NCBI GenBank assembly: GCA_963813075.1
Contig: CAWEXU010000005.1
Coordinates: forward strand, 148,519-212,518
DNA from: Methanotrichaceae archaeon
GTDB lineage: Archaea > Halobacteriota > Methanosarcinia > Methanotrichales > Methanotrichaceae
Length of the DNA stretch: 64,000 bases
Reading direction: 5' to 3'
A program made the position numbers and the translations under genes. This document shows positions 10,263 to 19,549 of the stretch, in pieces. Under the pieces are notes generated by a model. The model searched no databases. It saw nothing but the letters and a program-made list of their open reading frames with translations, and had not been told where the DNA came from. Within the stretch, counting starts at the first letter, position 1; every line of letters begins with the position of its first letter.

Positions 10263-10736
10263 TTAGATTTTTTTCATTTTTTGGAATTTATCTCTCTCAT
10301 CTATGAAATAGATCATGCCCAAACCCATAAAAAACATGAAGCAACCACCCAAGAGGAGAAGTCCGCCCATAAATCCATTTAAAAGAGAGAAAAATCCAAT
10401 AATTATCACAAATTGTGATACTATTATCGCGATTCCTGCACCCAACATGGCGAAAACCTTGGCGATCGATACAATCAATCCGCTTTTGCTCATATCAAAG
10501 AGCATGAAATAACCATAGCCCAAAACAATTTTTATTGAACCCCAAATAGCTGCCTGAAGGAATAAATAAAATGATTTTGCGCCATCGGCAAGAAAAGCAA
10601 ATCCTTCAATGAAATCAATAATGCCCACTAAAACGCAACCAATCGCAGTTAGAGCTATGACTATCTTCCCCATTGTGACCAATGGTTTATCCAATACTGC
10701 CAGCCCTAACTTTTCTATAAGCTCATCTAATGCCAT
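10263..10736 (-). CDS. Hypothetical membrane protein (about 4 TM), AT-rich
   Basis: Four hydrophobic stretches; visibly more AT-rich than its neighbours. Confidence 0.65.
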   Translation of the reverse strand: MALDELIEKLGLAVLDKPLVTMGKIVIALTAIGCVLVGIIDFIEGFAFLADGAKSFYLFLQAAIWGSIKIVLGYGYFMLFDMSKSGLIVSIAKVFAMLGAGIAIIVSQFVIIIGFFSLLNGFMGGLLLLGGCFMFFMGLGMIYFIDERDKFQKMKKI

Positions 10737-10834
10737 CTGATCAGCTTTCCAATATGAATATTATCTATGATAAGTGTTTTCTTTTTCTGGGTGACTATGG
10801 ATAGATGCGGATAGCAGATTCTGCCCTCTGCTTC

Positions 10835-11301
10835 TCAGAGAGACTCCTCTGTCTTTTTTCTGCAGACCAGGACCAGAAAATCCGGTATTCGAGCGCCATC
10901 CATCCGATCCGGGCACATGCTCCTCCAGCGCTCCGGCGGCTCGGGCTCGATCACCCTGGTGATTTGAAATCCGCAGGAGATCAGCCCGTTCATGATGTCC
11001 CCCAGGGTCCGGTGCCAGTAGAAGGTGGGCTCCATGCCGGACTTCGCTCCCCAGGGACAGAGAAATGGGCCCCGCTGAAAGTAATGGTCGACCTTTCTAT
11101 GCAGCCTTCTCCCTTCCTCATCCCTGACCCATCCCCAGACCGGGGTCATGAAGCAGGGATGATTGGCGATGTGCAGATAGGTTCCGCCATCAAAGGATCG
11201 AGCAGATCGCTGCGGTTCGGGTCCCTCTCGCCATAGGATCGATGCCACTCTTCTGCATTGCGGTCCCAGATACGCGTGCCCTGATTCTGATCGAGATTCA
11301 T
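10835..11301 (-). pseudogene. Class I SAM-dependent methyltransferase with the core deleted
   Basis: The N-terminus MNLDQNQGTRIWDRNAEEWHRSYGERDPNRSDLLDP (ATG 11301) is joined out of frame to the C-terminal GG..HPCF..YWHRTLGDIMNGLISCGFQITRVIEP..IPDFLVL. No DLGCG SAM motif remains. Confidence 0.7.
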
Positions 11302-11723
11302 GTGGCGAATTCCTCAGAGAGTTCTGATGCGGCCCGGTTTATATAGGCTCTTCCGACCTGGATTTTCAAAGCGTGACGGCAGAAGGCGAAGAGGCCAAAG
11401 TGCGCTGATGATATCTGGGTGTACTATGAGATGCACAAGGATGAGATTGAGAACCTGGATGAATATGCCAAAAAGCGTGGCCTTGTGAAGGGGCTGATTT
11501 AGGATAAATTATTTTAAATGGATTTTCAATGTTTCCATAAATTATTAGCTATCATAGCCCGGTAGAAGCCAAGCTCCCCAGCCCCCTGGCAATAGGAAAG
11601 AATGCACTTCAATTATTGATTGCTTTGAAGACCCAAATCATAAAATGCAGATACCCAACCACAATACAATCTACCTGAGAAAGCCTTATGCCCTCTTGAC
11701 AACCACCTATCGGACGATCCTCC

Positions 11724-11905
11724 ATGAATATCTCACTTATCCTCGCTCATCCCAGCCTGGGAAGCTTCAACCATGCCATAGCTATTGCAGCCATAAACGC
11801 CCTTGAGGCCAATGGCCACCGCATCAGCTTTCACGACCTTTACCGGGAGCGATTCGATCCGGTGCTGCCCTATGAGGAGATTCCCAAAGGCGCGGATTTA
11901 GAAAA
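11724..11905 (+). pseudogene. N-terminal fragment of flavodoxin-fold NAD(P)H:quinone oxidoreductase
   Basis: ILAHPSLGSFNHAIA..HDLYRERFDPVL is the family N-terminus. Similarity is lost after about 60 codons, and there is no PxWW motif. Confidence 0.72.
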
Positions 11906-12401
11906 TTCTGGCTCTGCTGGGCAGCCCGAGGAATCCGTTCATTCTCAGCTTCGGCTTCATCTTCAGACTGCGCTTAGCCCAGAGCGTCGCAGAAAAACTC
12001 CTAATCCCGGTGGACGGGACAGCTTACAGGGGAAGATGATCAGGTACTTCCAGGGCTGCATCCTCTCTTTTTGGCCCACCATATTTAGGAAGTTCACGGC
12101 GGATTGGCGGAAAAATTTTTGGATTTTGGGAGGAGGAATTATAGTGAAATCAGCTCTATATTATTAAAAATTTGTGCCTAATCTAAAGCAAAAACAACAT
12201 GATGGAATATAGACTTACAAAGAAAAACCGCCATGAATTAAGATTCTCTACATAAATCTTTATCTTTAGTACTTACAAAATGTAAAGAACTAGATGTCAG
12301 GGCAGGTTAAATACGAATAAGTGAATTCCTACAATCTGGTCAAATTGTGGCACATGTCCAGTTTACCAAGAATATGAGAGCCTGATCTCTCGAGGAGGAC
12401 T

Positions 12402-13031
12402 ATGAATAAGGATAATTTGAGTATGAATACTGTGGTTAAGGGCATATTCAGCTTGCTCTTAGCGATAATTACAATATATTCGATCATCCCTCTCTCAGCG
12501 GGGGAAGTCGAAACAGCAACATACTGCGATACGCTTGCCTTCAACAATACAGGCTTATTGGAAAACCACACCATTCCGCTCTTCGATCCGGGCCTTGGCA
12601 ATCTGGTTGGTGTAGACCTGGCCGTAGACCTCGGAGTGGTTCAAACCTACCGCCTTGAGAACGAGGAGAAAGAGGTCCATCAGGTTGGTGCGGAGTCTGA
12701 ATCCATACTTCTGATCACCATGCCAGACGGAAGTTCGATCTCCGCCAATGCCTCCAGCACAGTAAGTGAAGAGCTTGCTGCGTATGATGGTAATACGGAC
12801 TATGAGGGCGCATCCGGAAAGATGGTCGAGGTATCGTCAAAGGGCACTGCTAAAAAGCAGTACCAGGAGCTATCCGATTTCGTCGCCTCATTCCAGAATG
12901 AGACCATCTCCCTCCCTGCGGATATATCCTTCACGAGCTCGACCTCTGGAAGCCTTGTCTTCAGATTATCTACTATCGCTGAGTCCAGAATTTGTGTGAC
13001 TTACACCTATGAGCCAGGTGGCTCAGGTTAA
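12402..13031 (+). CDS. Secreted single-domain protein (choice-of-anchor E-like), paralog of the N-terminal domain of the next gene
   Basis: Signal peptide; FDPGLGNLVGV, MPDGS, TDYEG and ICVTYTYEP match FDPSLGVLTKV, MPDGS, TDFEG and ICVTYYYEP in the 13049 ORF. Confidence 0.75.
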   Translation: MNKDNLSMNTVVKGIFSLLLAIITIYSIIPLSAGEVETATYCDTLAFNNTGLLENHTIPLFDPGLGNLVGVDLAVDLGVVQTYRLENEEKEVHQVGAESESILLITMPDGSSISANASSTVSEELAAYDGNTDYEGASGKMVEVSSKGTAKKQYQELSDFVASFQNETISLPADISFTSSTSGSLVFRLSTIAESRICVTYTYEPGGSG

Positions 13032-13048
13032 AAAAAAGGTGATATAAA

Positions 13049-16000
13049 ATGAAAAAAAATATGATCTTATGGGCAATGCTCATAGGGCTGATATTTTGCC
13101 AGGCGGCATCAGCTCTGAGCTACTCGTCCTGTGCTGTATTCAGCAATACGAGTACAGATTGGCAAAAAACCGAATCCATGGATAAGTTCGATCCAAGCCT
13201 GGGAGTTCTTACAAAGGTCGTTGTGACTGCTGATGCCTGTGCTTCTCAGTCCTTCATAATTGATAGCGAAGACAATTCACCACAATGCTGGAGTGTCACC
13301 TCTGACGCCGTGCTTTCCACGCCAATGCCAGATGGATCGACTCTCGTCCTTGCCCTCCCTGTGCAAGTTCATGATTTCTGTCTAACTGCTGATCAGGAGG
13401 CTGATCCTACAGACTTTGAAGGAACAGACGCGTACAGATTCTTTGTGAAAGACTGTATTGATAGCGAAAAAGAGTTTACAGCGGCTGAGGACCTTCAAGC
13501 ATGGATCGGCCCGGGCAGTGTAAGCTTTACAACCACTGCAGACGGTACTACTGAAATTGACGGATCTGCAAACTTCGACCAGAGGATCCGAACCCATGCC
13601 AATGAAACGATCTGTGTCACCTACTACTACGAACCGTGCAACGATAATAATGCCTGCACCACAGATTCCGTCGTAGACAACAAGTGCGTCTACACTCCAA
13701 TAACCTGCAACGATGGCAATGCCTGCACCGATGACACATGCGATCCAGCTACGGGATGCGTCTTCAATCCCATAAGCTGCAACGACAATAACGCCTGCAC
13801 TGCAGACTCCTGTGACCCAGCAACCGGCTGTGTCAATACGGACATAACTGCAACCTGCAACGACAATGATGCCTGCACTGCAGACTCCTGCGACCCAACC
13901 ACTGGCTGTGTCAATACGGACATAACTGCAACCTGCAACGACAATGATGCCTGCACTGCAGACTCCTGCGACCCAGCAACCGGCTGTGTCAATACGGACA
14001 TAACTGCAACCTGCAACGACAATAACGCCTGCACCGCAGACTCCTGCGACCCAACCACTGGCTGTGTCAATACGGACATAACTGCAACCTGCAACGACAA
14101 TGATGCCTGCACTGCAGACTCCTGCGACCCGGCAACCGGCTGTGTCAATACGGACATAACTGCAACCTGCAACGACAATGATGCCTGCACTGCAGACTCC
14201 TGTGACCCAGCAACCGGCTGTGTCAATACGGACATAACTGCAACCTGCAACGACAATGATGCCTGCACTGCAGACTCCTGCGACCCGGCAACCGGCTGTG
14301 TCAATACGGACATAACTGCAACCTGCAACGACAATGATGCCTGCACCGCAGACTCCTGCGACCCAACCACTGGCTGTGTCAATACGGACATAACTGCAAC
14401 CTGCAACGACAATAACGCCTGCACTGCAGACTCCTGTGACCCAACCACTGGCTGTGTCAATACGGACATAACTGCAACCTGCAACGACAATGATGCCTGC
14501 ACCGCAGACTCCTGCGACCCGGCAACCGGCTGTGTCAATACGGACATTAGCGCAACCTGCAACGATGGCAATGCCTGCACCGCCGACTCCTGTGACCCAG
14601 CTACCGGCTGTGTAAACACTCTGATAGTATGTGATGATGGCAATGCTTGCACCGCAGACACCTGCGACCCGGCAACTGGTTGTGTTTACACTCCAATAGT
14701 GTGCGATGACAGCAATGCCTGCACCACTGATGAGTGCGTCAACGGCGAATGCGTCTTCACTCCAGTAGTGTGCGATGACAGCAATGCCTGCACCACCGAT
14801 GAGTGCGTCAACGGCGAATGCGTCTACACCCCAGTAGTGTGCGATGACAGCAATGCCTGCACCACCGATGAGTGCGTCAACGGCGAATGCGTCTACACCC
14901 CAATAGTGTGCGATGACGGCAATGCCTGCACCACCGATGAGTGCGTCAACGGCCAGTGTGTCTACACACCAATCGTGTGCACCGACAATAATGCCTGCAC
15001 CACCGATGAGTGCGTCAACGGCGAATGCGTCTTCACTCCAGTAGTGTGCGATGACAGCAATGCCTGCACCACTGATGAGTGCGTCAACGGCGAATGCGTC
15101 TTCACTCCAGTAGTGTGCGATGACGGCAATGCCTGCACCACCGATGAGTGCGTCAACGGACAGTGTGTCTACACACCAATCGTGTGCACCGACAATAATG
15201 CCTGCACCACCGATGAGTGCGTCAACGGCGAATGCGTCTTCACTCCAGTAGTGTGCGATGACAGCAATGCCTGCACCACTGATGAGTGCGTCAACGGCGA
15301 ATGCGTCTTCACTCCAGTAGTGTGCGATGACAGCAATGCCTGCACCACCGATGAGTGCGTCAACGGCGAATGCGTCTTCACTCCAGTAGTGTGCGATGAC
15401 AGCAATGCCTGCACCACCGATGAGTGCGTCAACGGCGAATGCGTCTTCACTCCAGTAGTGTGCGATGACAGCAATGCCTGCACCACCGATGAGTGCGAGA
15501 ACGGCGAATGCGTCTTCACTCCAATAGACTGCGATGACGGCGATGACTGCACAACTGACGAGTGCGCCAACGGCGCGTGCGTCAACACTCCAATAGACTG
15601 CAATGACGGCGATGACTGCACAACTGACGAGTGCGTCAACGGCGCGTGCGTCTACACACCACTGGAATGCGATGATGGGGATGATTGTACCACCGATAGC
15701 TGTGCAAACGGCCAATGTGTCTACACTCCAATCGTGTGCAATGACAATAATCCCTGCACCACCGATGCCTGTGTCAACGGCGAATGCGTCTACACACCCA
15801 TAACAAACTGCAATTGCCCGCCCGTATGCCCCTGGTTTATCAAGAATGAGTTGTATGGAGCCTCCTGCACAGAAGTAAAGGTGGTTTCTGCAAGCGAGGG
15901 ACTTCTGGCAAATGACCATAAAGGCGTTGCAGTACTGGATCCTGAATTAATAACCATAGATCCGAAGTACGGAACTCTTGAGGTCCACGAGGATGGGTCC

Positions 16001-16132
16001 TTCATCTACGATCCGACTGGAGCCACAGGCCTGTATTCCGGCCTTTATGTGCAATTCAAGTACAAGGCAACAAGCGAATACTGCGAAGCCAAGTACCCAG
16101 GAATTGCCAAGATCCAGATTCGGTGCAAGTGA
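13049..16132 (+). CDS. Secreted cysteine-rich repeat protein (choice-of-anchor E-like domain, 30 four-Cys CTxDxC repeats, C-terminal Ig/cadherin-like domain)
   Basis: Signal peptide MKKNMILWAMLIGLIFCQAASA; repeats CxDxxACTxDxC..C resembling the Dicty_CTDC type; C-terminal GLLAND..YGTLEVHEDGSFIY. Confidence 0.88.
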   Translation: MKKNMILWAMLIGLIFCQAASALSYSSCAVFSNTSTDWQKTESMDKFDPSLGVLTKVVVTADACASQSFIIDSEDNSPQCWSVTSDAVLSTPMPDGSTLVLALPVQVHDFCLTADQEADPTDFEGTDAYRFFVKDCIDSEKEFTAAEDLQAWIGPGSVSFTTTADGTTEIDGSANFDQRIRTHANETICVTYYYEPCNDNNACTTDSVVDNKCVYTPITCNDGNACTDDTCDPATGCVFNPISCNDNNACTADSCDPATGCVNTDITATCNDNDACTADSCDPTTGCVNTDITATCNDNDACTADSCDPATGCVNTDITATCNDNNACTADSCDPTTGCVNTDITATCNDNDACTADSCDPATGCVNTDITATCNDNDACTADSCDPATGCVNTDITATCNDNDACTADSCDPATGCVNTDITATCNDNDACTADSCDPTTGCVNTDITATCNDNNACTADSCDPTTGCVNTDITATCNDNDACTADSCDPATGCVNTDISATCNDGNACTADSCDPATGCVNTLIVCDDGNACTADTCDPATGCVYTPIVCDDSNACTTDECVNGECVFTPVVCDDSNACTTDECVNGECVYTPVVCDDSNACTTDECVNGECVYTPIVCDDGNACTTDECVNGQCVYTPIVCTDNNACTTDECVNGECVFTPVVCDDSNACTTDECVNGECVFTPVVCDDGNACTTDECVNGQCVYTPIVCTDNNACTTDECVNGECVFTPVVCDDSNACTTDECVNGECVFTPVVCDDSNACTTDECVNGECVFTPVVCDDSNACTTDECVNGECVFTPVVCDDSNACTTDECENGECVFTPIDCDDGDDCTTDECANGACVNTPIDCNDGDDCTTDECVNGACVYTPLECDDGDDCTTDSCANGQCVYTPIVCNDNNPCTTDACVNGECVYTPITNCNCPPVCPWFIKNELYGASCTEVKVVSASEGLLANDHKGVAVLDPELITIDPKYGTLEVHEDGSFIYDPTGATGLYSGLYVQFKYKATSEYCEAKYPGIAKIQIRCK
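13778..14557 (+). repeat. Coding tandem repeat, 10 x 78 bp (CNDNDACTADSCDPATGCVNTDITAT)
   Basis: Near-identical 78-bp units counted directly from DNA and translation. Confidence 0.95.
14702..15805 (+). repeat. Coding tandem repeat, 16 x 69 bp (CDDSNACTTDECVNGECVFTPVV)
   Basis: 69-bp units; the last four are diverged. Confidence 0.95.
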
Positions 16133-16137
16133 AAAAT

Positions 16138-16166
16138 AAAGGGCTAAAAACCCTTTTCTTTTTTTA
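16138..16166 (+). terminator. Probable terminator (short hairpin plus T-run)
   Basis: aaaggg..cccttt followed by a T-rich tract directly after the 16132 stop. Confidence 0.55.
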
Positions 16167-16306
16167 TAGAACAAATACGTGCCCCTGATATTTCTTCTAT
16201 AAGTGCAAAAAAAACAGCCTGGATGTAGATTTTGGATGAGCGGTCCATCGATAGCTTGAACAGGCTAGATATTTAAAAAAGTAAAAATATTCTAAACTTT
16301 CAGGAT

Positions 16307-16651
16307 CTATTTTACTGTAATGGTTACAGGATCGCTGTAAATGATCTCTCCGGTAGTTGCATAATTTTCATCGAGCATGATGATCCGGCATTCAATCTCA
16401 TAGATCCCTGCTCCAGGTGGATGCCAGTTGCTGTTCTTGTTAAGTTCTCCATCGATATAGGTCCTAACCCTGAAATCGCTATTTCCATTATCATCAATAA
16501 CATGGGATCTGATCGGAATTTTCAAGCTCTCGGTCAAATTAAATGAATCTCCGTCTTTCGGAGAAGTGATCCCTATGTCTATCGCCGATGTGGTTCCGAT
16601 GATTGCAAATAATGCAATCAATAGCGCGGCAGTAATTCTCATCTTCCTCAC
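16307..16651 (-). CDS. Small secreted hypothetical protein, Ig-like beta pattern
   Basis: Signal peptide; ITSPKDGDSF..YIDG..GAGIYEI..SDPVTITV resembles bacterial Ig-like domains. Confidence 0.65.
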   Translation of the reverse strand: MRKMRITAALLIALFAIIGTTSAIDIGITSPKDGDSFNLTESLKIPIRSHVIDDNGNSDFRVRTYIDGELNKNSNWHPPGAGIYEIECRIIMLDENYATTGEIIYSDPVTITVK

Positions 16652-17027
16652 CTTAAAGTTTCCTTAGAAGTACTTAATATCAGTATTTGTTATAAGTACT
16701 TAACGACAGTACTATAAGTATTTTTACAGACTTAAAAAAATGGTATCTCTTAACGGGCTCTGATTTTCACTCCTGTATCTTCCAATGGCTCAAGGAGGAA
16801 ATTTCAGCTCTAAAAAGCTAAAATCAGATAAGAAACAAAGGCAGAGACCGATTTGGGCGGATCAAGGGGATCGCGACACCGAGGCCCGCGTGATTTCCAA
16901 ATTTCCGGAGAAGAGTGCATTCACCTTCAGCACGTACCCTTGCCCCTTATGATGTCGAAATTCCCTATCCGCCTAAATGCCCTTTAGTGCGCGAGGGCTC
17001 AACCTTCATGCTGTATCCAATGCCGCC

Positions 17028-17522
17028 TCATTGGTAGGCGACAGCGCTGGTATTAAGTCCGGGATTTTTCAACTTTAGCCTATCTACAATGTATTTTTTC
17101 GATGCAAAGCCCCCCATCCTATCGACCAGGGTCCCATTCAGAAAGACCAGGAGCGTAGGATAGCTGGTTATGTTATAGTCCCGCTCAATCGACTGGTTGA
17201 GGCTTCCATCAATCATTCCAATGGCTGCCTGGCTGCCCAGCTCAATAGATAGCTCATTGACGGCTTGCTTCATTCTCTGGCAGGGATTGCATAGCGGCTT
17301 GTAGACATCCAGGACGAAGAAGGGATAGAGCGCTATGGTCTCGTTCACAGTGCTGTCGTTCAGCTCCAGGACGATGCCGCTGCTCGCCTCTGCATCCGCT
17401 GCCGGTGTGGATGGAGCGGCCGAGGCGGCCCAGGATAGGGCCAGCAGAGCACACAATAGAGCATATATAACCGGATAGATCTGGCGTATTTCTGGCGGGC
17501 TATGCATCCATCTGATCTGCAT
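17028..17522 (-). CDS. Exported thioredoxin-family protein (CNPC)
   Basis: Hydrophobic signal segment; LELNDSTV..LDVYKPLCNPCQRM..YNITSYPTLLVFLNG. Start codon uncertain. Confidence 0.85.
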   Translation of the reverse strand: MQIRWMHSPPEIRQIYPVIYALLCALLALSWAASAAPSTPAADAEASSGIVLELNDSTVNETIALYPFFVLDVYKPLCNPCQRMKQAVNELSIELGSQAAIGMIDGSLNQSIERDYNITSYPTLLVFLNGTLVDRMGGFASKKYIVDRLKLKNPGLNTSAVAYQ

Positions 17523-17569
17523 GAGTTGTCTCTGTCTGAACTTGTCCTCCTCCTCTTCTTCCTTTTCCT

Positions 17570-19150
17570 TTAGCTGGAAAACATCGATGCCGCCCGGCTC
17601 CCGTTCAACTTCATAGAGCAGAAGGAGGGCTCCTGTTCGAATCCGCAGCATAAAAGCTCCTTTACCGCTTCAGGGCTGCGAGCATTGGTGTCATTGGTGG
17701 CGAAGTTTGCCTCCCTGACGATCTCGCCGTTCATGAGCATGGTGGGCGATCCTGATATCTGGAACTGGCCTGCCAGATCGAAGTCCTCCTGGGCATAGGC
17801 CAGTCCCCGGGCGGAGTCGTTGGTGCAGGCGTCAAGCTCCTTGAGGTTAATGGATACCGATTCGAGGCACTCTGCCGTCTTGCCTTCTTTCATGTAGCAG
17901 CGCACATAATCCCAGTACCTGTCAGCCTGCTCCTCCCGGATGCAAATCTGGCGCAGGTTCTCCTGGGCCTCCACCTCGCCGTGCATGGCCATTATGGTAT
18001 TGTTCGGGGCATCCACCGAGCCGATGTACATCACCTTCAAGAACTCTTCTGTCTCCTCTGCATCACTGATGATATCACTCAAGATCCTTTGCATCTGCAG
18101 GCCAAAGGGACACCTGGATACCACGAAAGCCTGGAGGAGAGGCTGGTCTGATTTGGTCATATTAGCGCAGACCTGCTCTGGTGTCAGTCTGGGCGGAGCC
18201 GGAGGGAGGGCTATTTTGCTGGTGTCAAGATTGGGGGCTATCTCTTTCAGCTTTGCAGCCACAGTTTTCTTGTCTTGAATACCTCTCATTCTTCCCGCCA
18301 GCTTGCCGTCCTTGAATATGAGCGTGGTGGGCGCAGCGGTGATATTGTATTTGTTTCTGGTATCGTGGTTGGGCCGGATATCTACCAATGCAAAGGCTGC
18401 CTGGCCCTGAAGCTCTCTGGCCAGCTCGGATATGGTTACATTGTACAGCCGGCAAAAGCCACAGGAATCCATGACTCCGACCAGCACCAGCACAGGCTGA
18501 TACTGAGAGATGGCTGCATCAATGGTCTTGTCTGTGATCAGCATGGCCTGGGATGGATTTTTTGGTCCCGGCTCGATCAGCTCTATGGCCACTCCAGAAG
18601 GCTGATTGGCGGCAGCCGAACCGGCGACAGCTTCGGTTTTTTCCGTGGTCGGGTCACTTGGCGGTAGCACGACCCTGCTGGCATCCAGTTCTGGCTGGAG
18701 CTCTTCCAGCTCCTCCAATAGAGCTGATTTGCTGATATTGCCTCTCATCCTGCTGACTAAAACCCCTTCCTGGAAGAAGAGGAGTGTTGGGAATGCTGAA
18801 ATCTTGTAGTCCTGGACGGTGTTTTTATTCTCACTGCTCCTGGCGTTCATCCTGCCGAACTGAACCTGGCCTCCCAGCTCCTCGGACAGCTCTGAGGTGG
18901 TTTTGTTCATGAGCTGGCATGGGCCGCAGCCAGGATAATAGAAGTCCAGGACAAATAGGGTGCTGCTGTTCTGGATTAATTCGAAGCTCTTATCGGTCAG
19001 ATCCTGAGGACCCGGCAGCGATTCTGAAAATGTTGAGTTGTTGGATGAATTTGAATCCTCAGAAGAAGTTAATCTCAGGGCGGCAGCAGATACCAGCAGG
19101 ATGGCAACGAGAGCAATAATGGCAATTTGGGTGCTCTTCGAGAGAGGCAT
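17570..19150 (-). CDS. Membrane-anchored/exported multi-thioredoxin protein (Trx CGPC + Trx CGFC + GILT/DsbA-like domain)
   Basis: N-terminal hydrophobic helix; DFYYPGCGPC..AFPT; CGFC..AAPT; C-terminal FVVSRCPFG..MHGEVEAQENLRQIC..ISGSPT; several N-x-S/T sequons. Confidence 0.88.
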   Translation of the reverse strand: MPLSKSTQIAIIALVAILLVSAAALRLTSSEDSNSSNNSTFSESLPGPQDLTDKSFELIQNSSTLFVLDFYYPGCGPCQLMNKTTSELSEELGGQVQFGRMNARSSENKNTVQDYKISAFPTLLFFQEGVLVSRMRGNISKSALLEELEELQPELDASRVVLPPSDPTTEKTEAVAGSAAANQPSGVAIELIEPGPKNPSQAMLITDKTIDAAISQYQPVLVLVGVMDSCGFCRLYNVTISELARELQGQAAFALVDIRPNHDTRNKYNITAAPTTLIFKDGKLAGRMRGIQDKKTVAAKLKEIAPNLDTSKIALPPAPPRLTPEQVCANMTKSDQPLLQAFVVSRCPFGLQMQRILSDIISDAEETEEFLKVMYIGSVDAPNNTIMAMHGEVEAQENLRQICIREEQADRYWDYVRCYMKEGKTAECLESVSINLKELDACTNDSARGLAYAQEDFDLAGQFQISGSPTMLMNGEIVREANFATNDTNARSPEAVKELLCCGFEQEPSFCSMKLNGSRAASMFSS

Positions 19151-19164
19151 AGTGATAAGTGAGC

Positions 19165-19190
19165 ATACGGATATATTAGCGTTTTCTTAC
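19165..19190 (-). promoter_or_regulatory. Probable BRE/TATA promoter, conserved in front of both multi-thioredoxin paralogs
   Basis: Minus-strand gaaaacGCTAATATAT lies about 20-30 nt before the ATG at 19150. The same GCTAATATAT occurs at 25921-25930 before the ATG at 25898. Confidence 0.5.
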
Positions 19191-19549
19191 CATTCTGGCT
19201 GGCAGGAATCGCGAAGGTTCTCTTCGTTGCGCTTTTAGAAACTTAAATCTTAATAGTTATCAATACCATTTCTGGCTCACAGATATTGTGAAAGTAATTT
19301 GCCATGGCGACTCATTCTAGTTTGCACATCGTTCAGTCAATTTGATCGAATCCTTGATGCTGGCTCATGATAGTAATCAATTATAAGATCTGATTTTCAT
19401 TTAAATAAAGTTCTTACAAAATGTGCTTCTATCTTTAAGAATCGGGATCTATCTAGATAATTACATCTATTGATCCCGGCAAAATCTGAATTTGGGGGTC
19501 GGGATGAGAGGAAGAAGCAAAAATCTGTTAATGTATTAGGTGGGATGAT

